Positions 1 to 13,268 of a stretch of 64,000 nt of DNA are shown here, one piece after another. Source of the stretch: Octopus vulgaris. Taxonomy: Eukaryota. The notes below the pieces were generated by a model that saw only the letters and a program-made list of their open reading frames with translations, did no database searches and was not told the origin of the DNA. The stretch's first letter is position 1; each line of letters begins with the position of its first letter. The translations under genes and the position numbers were made by a program. The DNA is taken from assembly GCA_951406725.2 (NCBI GenBank), contig OX597815.1:143592001-143656000 (forward strand), read 5' to 3'.

Positions 1-221
1 CAACATCAGTTGTCACGTGATGGTGGGGGAACAAGCATAGACACACACATATATATATATATATATATACACGACAGGCTTCTTTCAGTTTCCATCTACT
101 AAATCCACTCACAAGGCTTTGATTGGCCCAAAGCTATAGTAGAAGACACTTGCCGAAGGTGTCACACAGTGGGACTGAACCCAGAACCATGTGGTTGGTA
201 AGCAAGCTTTTTACCACACAT
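1..221 (-). mobile_element. CORE-type tRNA-derived SINE (octopus OR2-like), partial at window edge
   Basis: Reverse strand has an A-box-like TGTGTGG, a B box GGTTCAGTCCC and a CORE-like motif. It aligns by eye with the full copy at 35317-35750. Confidence 0.85.
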
Positions 222-403
222 GATGATGATGATGATCCAAATTCATATGTACCACTAAACTTACCCCCTGCTCTTCGCAATCCTTTGCCCGTATTCTCTT
301 TTACACTAACTGTCTTGAACTTTAAAAGTATGCTCTGACATCTTGTTACCAACATCTTTATCTCTCTTTTCCAGCTTTATATAATGTTGAGTAGCTATGT
401 AAA

Positions 404-485
404 AGAGTAAAGAACCCCTTTGGTCATGAATAGCCATGGGATTGCACCTAGAAAGATACCCTCTGAGGCACAAGTCGGGGCAAGG
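404..485 (-). mobile_element. 3' tail fragment of the SINE at 61252-61597
   Basis: Reverse complement (gacttgtgcctcagagggtatctttctaggtgcaatcccatggctattcatgacc) matches about 61500-61597. Confidence 0.7.
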
Positions 486-649
486 AAAAGGAGAATACTA
501 GGAAGTCCACTACAAGGTCTTCAGATACTAATCACGACTGACTACGTAAAAATGGATTTTACAACTGTAGTCTGTAGAGTTATACTCCACAAATGAAACG
601 TAATAAAAGATGACAGTATTTATGTAAAGGTAATCTCTACATATTTAAT

Positions 650-827
650 AATCCTTTCTACTGTAGGTACAGGGCCTGAAATTTCGAAAGATAGGGGTGG
701 TTGTTTACATTGACCCCAGTACACAACTGGTACTTAATTCATCAACCCTGAAAAGATGAAAGGTAAAGTTGACTTCGATGGATGAAAGGCTGAGCATTGC
801 GTCTAGCATTCTGCCAGCTCACCACCT
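650..827 (-). mobile_element. Nin/Deu-domain SINE, internally deleted
   Basis: Reverse strand has ctttacctttcatcttttcagggttgatgaattaagtaccag, homologous to 42611-42831. Confidence 0.75.
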
Positions 828-1048
828 AATATGAAGGAGGAATTTAGGAATAAAAGTACATTCCTTATAAACTGTTGTTATTGCTACTTTGGTACTTGGA
901 TAAATCCAACATAGTTTACTTCTTACATCATTGTACTTATAGTGACCTCTAGAGCTGAAGTGGTGCAACTAACAATAAACTAAGTTGTCGACACTTCTGT
1001 CGATATCAGCTGGTTAGATACAATCCAAGGCAGTGTATTACAGATACT

Positions 1049-1345
1049 GGTGAAGGCTCATGGCTTAATGGATAGGGTATTTGGCTCATGATCGTAAGGT
1101 CATGAGTTCAATTCCCGATGGCAAGTTGTGTCTCTTGAGTAAGACACTACTTTATTCCACATTGCTCCAGTCCATTCAGCTGGCAAAAATGAGTTGTACC
1201 TGTAATTCAAAGAACCGGCGTTGACACATTTTGTGTACATATGCCTGTGGAGTACTCAGCCACTTGCATGTTAATTTCACAAGCAGGCTGTTCTGTTGAT
1301 CAGATCAACTGGTACCCACGTCATTGTAACCAATGAAGCGCCAGT
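1049..1345 (+). mobile_element. tRNA-headed SINE (family of 15391-15766)
   Basis: A box tggcttaatgg and B box gagttcaattccc. The 3' body (cagccacttgcatgttaatttcacaagcaggctgttctgttgatc) is shared with 15391-15766 and 49209-49520. Confidence 0.8.
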
Positions 1346-1547
1346 GTTACAGGTACTTATTTTGCAATCCCCTGGAAGGCTGACAGGCAGAGCTGAACTG
1401 GGTAGGACGCAGCTGTAGCTCAACAAAGTACCAATCATCTTTAAAACATAATACCTTGCCCGTGAGTCACAAGATGATGAGATCTAATCCCACGATTTCT
1501 TCTCATGTGTCTTCTATGTTTTCGTCTCTGGTAATGGAAACAGAAAT

Positions 1548-1916
1548 CATCATCATCATTTAGCATCCGCTTTCCATGCTAGCATGGGTTGGACGGTTCA
1601 ACTGGGGTAAGGCTGCACCAGGCCCAGTCTGATCTGGCAATGTTTCTACGGCTGGATGCCCTTCCTAACGCCAACCACTCCGTGAGTGTAGTGGGTGCTT
1701 TTTACGTGCCACCGGCACAGGTGCCAGACGAGGCTGGCGAACAGCCACGACCGGATGGTGCTTTTTACGTACCACCAGCACAGGGGCCAGGCAAGGCTGG
1801 CAACTGCCATGATCGGATGGTGCTTTTTGCGTGCCACTGGCACAGAGGCCCGTCGGGGCAGCGCTGGCGACAGCCACATTCGGATGGTTTGCTTACGTGC
1901 CACCGGCACTGGAGGC
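1548..1916 (-). mobile_element. Meta-core / RTE-3'-end repeat with internal 62-67 bp tandem array and (GAT)n tail
   Basis: Reverse strand has GTTGGCGTTAGGAAGGGCATCCAGCCGTAGAAA (Meta-like core) and ends ...gcggatgctaaatgatgatg. A 7-bp TSD cagaaat lies at 1541-1547 and 1917-1923. Confidence 0.85.
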
Positions 1917-2414
1917 CAGAAATAAACCATTCCACCAGAACCTTAATCAATGTCTAGGATACTGGTTGGTTCTATCTTTAACTCTTTACCTTTGACTTTC
2001 AGAGAGATTCTAGTCATAGAGTGGGACTAAGGTGCCCAACACACACCTACCAATTATTTTCTCTAACAATTACATAAGACACACACTCACACACACACAC
2101 ACACACGCTCATATTCAACCATGCGAACTTGTGTACATGGGAACAAGAGCAGCAATTACATAATCTACGTTTTGGGCACACGGCCAATAGCTACTATTAG
2201 TTATGGTAATCCAGAGAAGTAGAGAAAACAAAAGGCAAATTGAAGGACGACAACAACAACAACTCTTATTTGCCACAAGGGGCAAGGTATGATGGGACAT
2301 AACAAGGACAAAACATGAAGCTGGCAGAGTTTATGTTGGAAGAGATTATGGGGAGGAAAGAAAAAAAGAAACAAAAAAAAAACAAGTGTACAAAAGGAAC
2401 AAAAGAGGATGCCC

Positions 2415-2452
2415 TGATGATGACAATGATCATGATGATGACAATGATGATT

Positions 2453-2497
<45 letters not shown>

Positions 2498-2511
2498 GCA
2501 GTAATGATGAT
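2415..2511. repeat. (ATG)n microsatellite
   Basis: Direct reading; it explains the poly-M and poly-I ORFs. Confidence 0.95.
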
Positions 2512-3057
2512 TTGTGTGTTTATCTTGATGTGTGAAGATGTTTTAGATGAAATACAAGAATCCAGGCATGAAGTGTTGATGTTACAGGTGGGGGTGGGGG
2601 GCGGTCGGCAGAGGTAGATAACAAATAACAGGATTATTATATGATTATAACGATGATGATGATGGGGAGGAGATGATGAAGGTAGAGGGAGTGGGGGGGC
2701 GGGTTGATGGAAAGATGCAAAAAATGGGAGATGAAGTCTAGCTAGCAATGAACCATTCCTTGTTAAAAGAGTTCCAGAAGAAATGGTACATAGTTTCACC
2801 ATCACCACAACTATATTCACTGCCCTGCCCCTAACCAAACAGAACTAAAGAGGGAGGGAGGGAGGGAGTAACAATATTTGTAGTTCAGTTAATACTATAA
2901 TTACCTGATAGTGTTTGTTTGGTAGTGTATAGGGGGGGTGACGATAGTGGCCATGGATAGTGGGGTGGCAGGTGTAATATGAAGGAGGGATAGCATTCAT
3001 CTTCCTCACCGTCTTCTCATCCTCTCTCCACCACAATACTGCTGTATGCTGATCATG

Positions 3058-3232
3058 AGGGGGACCTCTATGTGGTTACTCCATCTGCTAAAAATAATAA
3101 CTTAAACTCCCTCATGTTGGATAATGTGATCTTGGGTTCCCTGCTCATGGTTAAAAGATGAGAAGGTCGCAGCTAGAATGTCTTTGATCATAGGTCTGTT
3201 TAACCAGCGCAAACCTGGGGTTGAGAAAAACT
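3058..3232 (+). mobile_element. Old dispersed repeat ending in gatcataggtctg...ctgacctggggctaaacaac; about 10 diverged copies in window
   Basis: Similar segments occur at about 11770-11960(-), 14440-14590(+), 40920-41095(+), 45450-45650(+), 47960-48130(-), 48420-48570(-), 50150-50360(-) and 59140-59362(+). The (AAC)n tail suggests a retroposon 3' end. Confidence 0.6.
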
Positions 3233-3263
3233 GCTACTACTACAAAAACAACTACTACTACTC

Positions 3264-3296
<33 letters not shown>

Positions 3297-3339
3297 TCTT
3301 TACCTCCATCATCACTAACATTATTTAGATACAAAAATA

Positions 3340-3562
3340 AGGCAGTGAGCTGACAGAAGCTTCAGCAGATTGGACAAAATGCTTAGCAGCATTTCATCAG
3401 TCTATACGTTCTGAGTTCAAATCCCACCAAAGTCGATTGACTTCATCTTTCATTCTTTTGGGGTTAAGAAAACGAGCACCAGTCAAGTACTGGAATCAAT
3501 GTAATCGACTTTCCCATGCCCTCAAAAACTGCAGGCCCCGTGCCAAAATTTTGAAACCATCA
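3340..3562 (+). mobile_element. Nin/Deu-domain SINE
   Basis: ggcagtgagctgacagaa head, B box gagttcaaatccc, and tctttcattcttttggggt core; homologous to 42611-42831. Confidence 0.75.
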
Positions 3563-3808
3563 TTACACACAATATCAACATCAGCATCATCAACTAAAAC
3601 CCATTCCTGATCATTTTGTGTATGTGTGTGTGTGTGTGTGTCTGTGTGTGTGTGTGTCTGTGTGTGTGTGTGTGTGAGGTGTATGTGTGTGTATATGTAT
3701 GATACATGCATATGTGTATGTACTCTGTAATGTACATGATGATAATGATATATGCATGCAGTATGGGCATGTGATGTGCGCATATCTGGGATGCAATGTA
3801 TGTATGTG

Positions 3809-3862
<54 letters not shown>

Positions 3863-4443
3863 TAATATGTATATGATGTGTATACATGTTTATACATGAT
3901 AGGTGTGTATATGATGCATATGAGTGATGAGCGAATGTGTACAATGTAAGTATTTATTCCAAGCAGTAATAAAACAGAAAAGTTTTCCCATCGCCTCAAC
4001 TCCTGTCTGTGTTTGTAAAGTATATGTGTGTAGATATGAGTATATATGTATGTTTACAAGTATCGTTTCTATACACACCCAAAGCCACCTCCTTTACATT
4101 CAGCACATAACTAGTTACACATGTCTACGGTGGTGATGGTGGTAATGAGGGATGGCTGAAGCGTGATACAAGTACAAAAATAAACAATACTTAAAACCCC
4201 TATATACACACATAGAATGCTCTCTCTCTCTCTTGATATATATATATATATATATGTATATACACACATATATATACACACATATGAATATATATACATA
4301 TATGTGTGTGTATATATATATATATATATAGATAGATATATATACACACATACATATATACACATATATATATTCATATATATATGTATACATATACATA
4401 AATATATGTTCATATATATATTTATACACATACAAAATATATA

Positions 4444-4473
<30 letters not shown>

Positions 4474-4478
<5 letters not shown>

Positions 4479-4875
4479 TGCCAGCCTCGGCTGGCCCCCG
4501 TGCCGGTGACACGTAAAAGCACCGTCCGTTCGTGGCCGTTTGCCAGCTCTGTCTGGCCCCGTGTCGGTGGCACGTAAAAGCACCATCCGTTCGTGTCCGT
4601 TGCCAGCATCGCCTGGCCCCGTGCCGGTGACACGTAAAAGCACCATCCGTTCGTGGCCGTTCGCCAGCTCTGTCTGGCACCTGTGCAGGTGGCACGTAAA
4701 AAACACCCACTACACTTGCGGAGTGGTTGGCGTTAGGAAGGGCATCCAGCCGTAGAAACACTGCCAGATCTGACTGGGCCTGACGAAGCCTTCCAGCTTC
4801 ACAGACCCCAGTTGACCCGTCCAACCCATGCTAGCATGGAAAGCGGACGCTAAACGATGATGATGATGATGATGA
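4474..4875 (+). mobile_element. Meta-core / RTE-3'-end repeat with about 4 tandem units
   Basis: Repeated gtgccggtggcacgtaaaagcacc units, core gttggcgttaggaagggcatccagccgtagaaa, and tail ggacgctaaacgatgatg. Confidence 0.85.
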
Positions 4876-4897
4876 TATACAAACACACACACACATA

Positions 4898-5054
4898 TAC
4901 GACGGGCTTCCTTCAGTTTCCATCTACCAAATCCACTCACAAGGCTTTGGTTGGGTCAATATATGTCGTAAAATATTGTTGCCCAAGGTGCCACACAGTG
5001 GGACTGAACCTGGAACCTTGTGGTTGGGAAGTAAGCTTCTTATCACACAGCCAT
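4898..5054 (-). mobile_element. CORE-type SINE, 5' half
   Basis: ttgcccaaggtgccacacagtgggactgaacc equals the reverse complement of B box plus CORE. Confidence 0.85.
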
Positions 5055-5179
5055 GAAAGTAAATTTCCTAAGTAGTATGGTTGTGAAAGCAGCCAAGAAA
5101 GATTGAGTATTAACTCTCAAAAGACAGAAAAAAGGTTGCCAGCAGGCAGCTACAGAGAATCGTTCCCATGTATGTATCT

Positions 5180-5391
5180 TTTCTTTTATTTGTTTCAGAC
5201 ATTAGACTGTGGCCACGCTGGGGCATCCGCCTTGAAGAATTTTTAGTGAAATGAATCGACCCCAGTACTTATTCTTTTAATCTTGGTACTTATTTTATCA
5301 ATATCGTTTGCCGAACTGCTAAGTTATGGGACATAAACCCGCCAACACCGGTCGTCAGGAAGTAGTGAGGGACAAACACACACATACATAC

Positions 5392-5422
<31 letters not shown>

Positions 5423-5451
5423 CAAACACACACACACACACACACATACAT

Positions 5452-5488
<37 letters not shown>

Positions 5489-5660
5489 TACATACATACA
5501 TACATACATATATGACAGGATTCTTTCAGTTTCCGTCTACCAAATCTACTCACAAGTCAACCTGAAGCTATAGCAAAGGCTATGGTACTTGCCCAAGGTA
5601 CCACACAGTGGGAGTGAACTCGAAACTATCTGGTTGAAAAGCAAGCTTCTTACCATGCCT
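5180..5660 (-). mobile_element. CORE-type SINE, near full length, with expanded internal (TACA)n
   Basis: Both halves match 35317-35750. Confidence 0.85.
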
Positions 5661-6129
5661 GTGTGTGTGTGTTTGTGCATGTGTATGTGTACGGGCATGT
5701 GTGTGTTTATTCTCTACATACCACTAGTTAGCCTGAGCTTGATGGAAAGACATGAAAAAGAGAGGTAATTTTTGTTGTTGCTTTGAACTAAACTTTTGTA
5801 AGTCTGTTTCTAGTCATTCAATGGCATTGTCAATTCGTTTCTTCATTTGAAAGTATTTAATAATTGCCATTTTTATCTTGACATTATGCATGCAACTATA
5901 AACACTTTCTAAGTACATACTGAGAGAAAGAAACAAAAAAAAGAAAAGAAAAGAAAACCATCATGTAGGTCTAATGCCAAATAAAGGGGTTACATCAGTG
6001 TAAGAAAATGTAAATGCTTCCAGTTAAGTACCGGAGCATTTGGATTTTAGCTTTTGGATTTTATGTCATGCATTTTGTGAAAGGCAACATCATTGGTTCT
6101 TTGGTTCCTAACAGGACATTCACTAATTC

Positions 6130-6604
6130 ATGTACATACATAGATACGTACATACATACATATATGTACATGTATGCATACATGGATATAAATACATACA
6201 CATGTGTACATATACATACATGTATATAAATACATACATATGTGTACATATACATACACACATATATAGATATATATATAGATATACACACATATATGTG
6301 TGTATATATATATATATGTATTTATATATATATGTATGTATATACATGTGTGTGTGTGTGTATATATATATGTATACATACAAGTGCATGTGTTTGTGTG
6401 TGTATACATACATACATGCATGTACTTACTTTGATACTTTGATAGGTGTGTATGTATATGTATGTAAATGTACATACATATATGTATGTGTGTGTGTATA
6501 TATATATACATACATATGTGTGTGTGTGTGTATGTATACACACACACATACATATATATATATTTACACACACATACATGTGTGTATATATATGTATATG
6601 TGTG

Positions 6605-6686
<82 letters not shown>

Positions 6687-6724
6687 GTATTCATATGTTT
6701 TATGTATTTATATATATACATGTA

Positions 6725-6762
<38 letters not shown>
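6130..6762. repeat. Compound (TA)/(CA)/(TG) microsatellite
   Basis: About 630 bp of nearly continuous alternating purine-pyrimidine sequence. Confidence 0.95.
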
Positions 6763-6766
<4 letters not shown>

Positions 6767-7298
6767 TATTGGGGCACTGTAATAACATGTTTTCAGATTA
6801 TATATGTCAACATCTTCGCAACAAGACTAAATATATGTTTAGTAAACAAATGTTTTTGACTCGGTTTTATAAATTTTATCGATGTACCTGTGCATGTATG
6901 TTGTTACTGAGCTGTCGGTGGTAGTGTTACTGGTGGTGGTGGTGGTGGTGGTGGTGGTGGTGGAGGTAGGGGCTGTTGGAGGCAGGGGGTGGTTGTCATC
7001 ATCGTCATTGTCATGGTTATGTTGATGTAAGGCATTAGTAAAAGTAGATGCACTGAAGTGCATCAGGAAATGAAGGATGAGGGAGAGAAGGAAGATACTG
7101 TGGTGGTGGTGGTGTTGGGTGGGGTGTAAGTATGTATGTGTGTGTGTGTGTGTGCATAGGTGTGTATCTTTGATGTATGAATCAATCATCCATCAATACT
7201 CAAGCAGGCCTTGATACACATCAAATCTGTGTTATGAAACATAATCTATGTATATACATTTACATTCACACACACATGCATGTGTGCACACGCACAAA

Positions 7299-7358
<60 letters not shown>

Positions 7359-7745
7359 GGTTCCGGCAGCTAAATTGAAACCATTTTCAGAATGTTATAT
7401 TTTAATAAGTATCATGTAACAAGTCTAAAGATATTTATTGCCTTATTTTTTTTCATTTTTTTTTTTTGCTACAGGTTATGATAAAATGAACTAGAACACT
7501 AGCACAATCTTCTTAAAGAGGACAGAGCCATTTCTTAGGAGTGCAGTCAAAATTGTTTTACAAGCACTGGGGATGAAATGGAAGGAGGATGTGGCGTTGG
7601 GGTGGGGTAAAAACTGCATCTTTACAGGCCTTTTTTTTTTTAGTTTTTGTGTCTTAAACAAAGTTTCATAAAATTTTTAATGTAATATGATGACAAACTC
7701 CTTGTTTTCCAGAATAACTATAATGACAATAACAATAATATTTAT

Positions 7746-8152
7746 GCAGGCGTGTCTGAATGGTAAGAAGTTTGCTACCTAACCACATAGTCCAGGTTCA
7801 GTCCCACTGTGTGGCACCTTGGGCAAAGTGTCTTCTACTACAGCGGTGGGCCGACCAAAGCCTTGTGAGTGGATTTATTAAACAGAAGCTGAAAGATGTG
7901 TGTGCATGCACGTGTGTGTGTGTGTGTGTGTGCATGCGCATGTATGCATGAATGTGTATTTATGTCTGTTTGTCCCCCACTACCACTTGACAACCTGTAT
8001 TAGTGTGTTTATGTCCCTGTAACTTAGAAATTCAGCAAAAAAGACCAATAAAATAAGAACCAGGATTATTTTTTTTAATGTATTGGGAATCAATTCATTC
8101 AGCTAATGGGTCTTCAAAGCAGAGCCCCAGCATAGCTACAATCTAATGACCG
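7746..8152 (+). mobile_element. CORE-type SINE, full length, diverged
   Basis: ggttcagtcccactgtgtggcaccttgggcaaagtgtctt (B box plus CORE), an internal (TG)n, and a recognisable 3' half. Confidence 0.85.
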
Positions 8153-8297
8153 AACACGCTGCAATTGTTTTCGTTCCAACACACGATCTCAGATCGGGTC
8201 TCTTGCTATGCAAATACATCTCCGTAATATTACATTTGAAATATTGAATAATAGATTTAATATATAACAGCTATGAATATAAATTATAAACAATAAC

Positions 8298-8663
8298 ATC
8301 ATCATCATTGTTTACTGTCTGCCTTCCATGCTGACATGGGTTGGACGGTTTGACTGAGGGCTGGCAAGCCAGAAGGTTGTACCAGGCTCCAATCTGATCT
8401 GGCATGGTTTCTACAGCTGGATGCCCTTCCTAACACCAACCATTCCAAGAGTGTAGTGGCATTAACCACGCTCGAATGGTGCTTTTTACGTGCCAGTCAA
8501 GCGGTAGTGGTATCGGCCACGAAAATGATTTCACTTGACTTAACAGATCTCAAGCACAGTTCATTGCCCAGTGATTGAAGGGTACTCTTAAATGGGCCGG
8601 TTATGCTACACTGGCATAGGCTACAGTTGCAGTCTCACTTGACTTGCCAGGTTTTCTCAAGTA
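8298..8663 (-). mobile_element. Longest Meta-core repeat copy, extending into an apparent RTE ORF end / 3' UTR
   Basis: Tail and core are as in other copies. The 5' extension reads cttgagaaaacctggcaagtcaagtga = LEKTWQVK*, resembling RTE ORF C-termini. Confidence 0.7.
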
Positions 8664-9924
8664 TTCAAACCTTAAGAATAATTGATAAGACATTGTCAAA
8701 TTTGTGGGCATTTACATACATGCAATAAAGATGGTAACTACACCTGTAGCATCCTGTAATGTCCTGACCTGGATGTGCATATATATGCATATACACATGC
8801 TTGAACATTATTGACTAGCTATGAGTGTCATTTGTTAATCTCATTATCTACTCACATGTATAAACATACAAGTAAACTTACATACAGGCATAGAAATCAA
8901 TATACATGTGTGCTTCCCAACTCCTTGAAACACGTTGGAGGGAAATAAGAACCTTTGATGCTAAAAAGAAATTTATAGCTGACCAAGTTGTTGATTGCAG
9001 AGTTATTGCAGTCAAACCTTCCAAAAGTTACTGTTATGCAATGCAAGAATCTTTGGTGTACAGGAGAAAAATAATAGGAAACCTTGAGGCATACCAAAGT
9101 TCATAGAATGTAGGTTAATGGTAGATGCATCAACATATGCCGGGCTGAAGCAAATTGAAGATAAAGTACCAGTCCAAGAGAGAAGACAGATGTCTACAAA
9201 TAGGTAACTTAACCAGAAGGTGATTATCAGACTGGCATTGCCAAAGACTATTTTTAGATATAAAATGCAAAAACATTCTTTCACTGAAGTTCTTGAATGT
9301 AACCAATACTGTGAAAGAAGCTATCCAATAAATCTGGTGCTGCAGGGGTGATTATTGGCCATTGTTGGTATCAGATTTGATGAGCTCACTTTAAAAGTGG
9401 TAAAGCATTAGTTAGCCATGGGACCAGATTATCACTTGTTCCATTGATTAAGTATAGATCTCTGTAGTTTTGAAGAATTTGGTAAAGATAGCATCTAGAG
9501 GTGGAATCTGGAGTGGATGTAAGACAAATACCATTTGAATCAATGGACCTTGTAGGGTTAGGGTGATCAAAGAGAAAGTAAGGGTATATGATTATATATG
9601 TGTCTATGTGAATAAGACTATGAGCATGTATACATGTATATGACGTGCATGTGTGAGTTTGTATGTATATAAATGTGTGGGTATGTGTGTATTTGACAAT
9701 GTGCATGTGTACACACAAACTCATAGATACACTTTATATATATATTATTATTATATATATCATCAATGTGTCATATATCTGGAATTATTTATATATATTA
9801 CTGGACTATTACTACATATATTCATATGTATATATACATATATACATATATATATAGTCAGACCAATGCAAGCATAGAGAAGTAGACATTAAATTATGTT
9901 GACGATGATGACACTCATTTGTGT

Positions 9925-9966
<42 letters not shown>

Positions 9967-10307
9967 CTATGTGTGTGTAAGTATAAAACTATAGGCAAGA
10001 ATCAAAGATGACGATGGAGCTGATGATGAAGTCTGGAATGTATGTTTATCCAGTTGAACACGGAAGAGAGAGAAGAGGACAGAGAGAAAGAGAGAATAGT
10101 GGAGAGTATAAGGACCCGTGATTTTAACCGGTGACATTGGAAGGTTACCGAGTGTGTTAGTTACATGTCAGTCATCAGATGTCTCCTTTCAAGTCTACCA
10201 AGATACACACAGAGTACTAATAGTACTCTTGCCACCACCACCACCACTACTACTATCTTCATCACCATCACTACCACATAGAATATCTGTGTTACTAAGG
10301 GCAGAGT

Positions 10308-10387
10308 GAGGAGGAGGAGGAGGAGGAGGAGGAGGAGAAGAAGAAGAAGAAGAAGAAGAAGAAGAAGAAGAAGAAGAAGAAGAAGAA
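10308..10387. repeat. (GAG)n(GAA)n microsatellite
   Basis: Direct reading. Confidence 0.95.
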
Positions 10388-10446
10388 ATGCAGGTATATG
10401 TGTGCATGCCAATATATATGTATATATGCAGGTATACAGATATATA

Positions 10447-11052
10447 TGCCACTCACCTGCATTACACCTGACACTCACCTATATTACACCTGCCACCTAC
10501 ATCATACTTGCCAATAACCTATAAAACTCACTTACTGCTCACCTATACTACACCTGTTATACTTACATTACACCTTTCACTAACCTACATTCTACATTAC
10601 ATTACACCTGTCACCTAAATTCTACATTACACCTGTCACCTACATTCTACATAACATTATACCTGTCACCTAAATTTTACATTACACATCTTACCTGTAC
10701 TCTACATTACACCTGTCACCTACATTCTGCATTACATTACATCTGTCACATAAATTCTACATTACACCTGTCACTTCCCTACATTACACCTGTCACCAAC
10801 ATTACAACTGTCACAGCATACATTACATATGCCGCTCACCTACTTAACACCTGGCACTCACCTACATTTTACATTACACTCATTACACACCTACATTAAT
10901 AACTGTCATCAACATTACACCTGTCACTTACCAGTATTACACCTACTCACTCACACAACACCCGGCATTAACTTCCATTACACCTACTGCTCACTTACAT
11001 TTCACCTGTCACTAACATTACATTCACCTATCTATCACCTGCTACACAACTA
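10447..11052. repeat. Degenerate minisatellite, core acattacacctgtcacct
   Basis: The core recurs many times with variable linkers (acattct, aaattct). Confidence 0.9.
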
Positions 11053-12459
11053 GACACTAGTTTTAGTACAATTAGATAGTCTACAGTCTACCCTGACCAC
11101 ACGTCACTAACATTCTGAACTGTTTAGACTTCATTCTACATCCATTTCATTCTACATCCATTTTCTTGGAAGAAATATTATACAGTGTGTGTTACATAGA
11201 ATCTGCTATACAGAACATTATGCAGGTTTTACCAGGCCAAAAACTGAAGACTACCTAATATAGTAATTCAGTGAAGGAGAAGTAGTGAGAGTAATAGCCC
11301 AAACTGAGAGGGATAGAGAGAAAGTAATAGCAATGAGAGAAAGGAAGGTGGGATAGATGAATAAGGAAGGGGTGGAAAAAAATCAGCATTTCAACTCAGT
11401 GTGCGTATATGTGTGTATATGCGTGCATGTACAAGGGAAGTGTGTAAATGTTTTTAAGTGTGATTATTATGTACCTTATTTATATATAAAATACTACAAT
11501 TAGCCATCATTATTGGCAGCACATGGTCAGCTAGTAGGTATGCAATGAAGGATTATTGGTGCTGCTACTGGGCTCTGGCTATCATCAAAGTAACATTTTT
11601 TAACTTTTAAAAGTCTCACTTCACCTGGCTGTAAATAGAAGATGATACAGAGATACCAGTGTAAGTAGTGGTAGCATTGTTAAACTGATTGATGTTTGGA
11701 TAACTTGAAGTTATAAGCTCATTTGCTCGAGAGGGTATTACTTAGAAAGAGTGAGGTAAAAGGGTGTTGATGTTTAGCCTAAGGTCATCCTTGATCAAGC
11801 CATTCATGATCAAAGGCATTCCAGCTGTGACCATCCCATCTTTTATTCAGTGCTTCCAGGATTATATTATTTTGTGTGTTTTTTGCATTTGAAGATGTTA
11901 GGATGTGATATAAGGGAGATATAAGGTCAGGCAACCAAGTAGAGGTTCCCAGGTTGGCAAGAAAAATTTAGCAGAATTATCAGTGCATTGTACTAAGGTT
12001 GATGTAATCAACTTCCACCTTTCCCCTTGAACTTGCTGGTCTTGTGTCAAAATTTGAAACCATTATTATTATTATTATCAGCTGTGAGGTACATACTCTT
12101 TCTCCTCTCCTCTATGACAGCTGCTGCTACTGCTATTACAACTACTACTACTACTACTGTTATCACAAGCCTACAATTCCGTCAAAAGTTGCTAACACCC
12201 TTCTACAATAACCTCACAATAAACAGTACCATAGAACCACCTCACAACCATCACAACACTCATCTACAACCACTCACTGTCCTATCTAACAACACCATTA
12301 TTAGACAAAGAAAATAACAGTACTAAACAGTAGGCACACAGGGTGTATGTAAGAGGTGAATATACATGTGCGTGCACGTGTGTGTCAACGTGTATACATT
12401 GCATTGAATGTGTGTATGCATGCGTGTGTATGTATGTGTGTGTGCATCTGAGAAGTGGT

Positions 12460-12512
<53 letters not shown>

Positions 12513-12713
12513 CTATATATATTTACACCCATCATATATATATATATATATATATACACCCATCAACATACATGTATTTTCATATATGGAATATACATGT
12601 ACATGTACACAGCATATTATAGAGTGTATATCCATGTGCCTGACATGTGCATGAGTGTATGCATGTGCCTGATATATACATATACATATATATATTAAAC
12701 AATGATGATGATG

Positions 12714-12752
<39 letters not shown>

Positions 12753-13001
12753 AGTGCAGAGTTAATGGAGTTTGGCAGTCACACATGCACACTATATAAG
12801 ACACAGACGCACACTCACACAGCATAGCATGAGAGGGTGTTTGAAGTGAGCAAGATCTAGCAGACACACAGACAGACAGAGGCAGGGAAGAGGAGAGGGG
12901 GTTGTGTTGACAAAGTCTGTTGGCCTCACACACACACACACACACAACTTTTACATGCACTCAGATACAAACACAGCTCACACACACACACAGATACAAC
13001 T

Positions 13002-13042
<41 letters not shown>

Positions 13043-13047
<5 letters not shown>

Positions 13048-13202
13048 TAAAAACGGTAAGATAACGAAAGAAAGAAAGAGACCTCAATATTATGTAAATA
13101 GAGGAAACTGAACCGAAGAGATGGTGTTGTGGATTTCCACCTCGGCATCCGAAACTCAGAGTTTTATCTTGGCTATTGAATAATTGTCACATATTATTTT
13201 AC

Positions 13203-13205
<3 letters not shown>
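13043..13205 (+). mobile_element. Short PLE-like LTR fragment with hammerhead-like motif, between two (TA)n tracts
   Basis: CCGAAGA(13113)-gatg...catc-c-GAAAC-tcaga-GTT(13163). Stem III AAACTC/GAGTTT is self-complementary; stem I is weak. Confidence 0.5.

Positions 13206-13268
<63 letters not shown>

Noticed and set aside
1589-1957. 122-aa ORF with repeated GAFYVPPAQ (also 4111-4824, 40181-40483)
   Set aside because: This is an antisense reading of the Meta-core repeat's tandem array, and the frames are not preserved between copies.
8897-9570. Decayed retroelement coding sequence
   Set aside because: Weak resemblances to PLE RT on the + strand and to LINE endonuclease on the - strand are mutually inconsistent. 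It cannot be assigned without a profile search.
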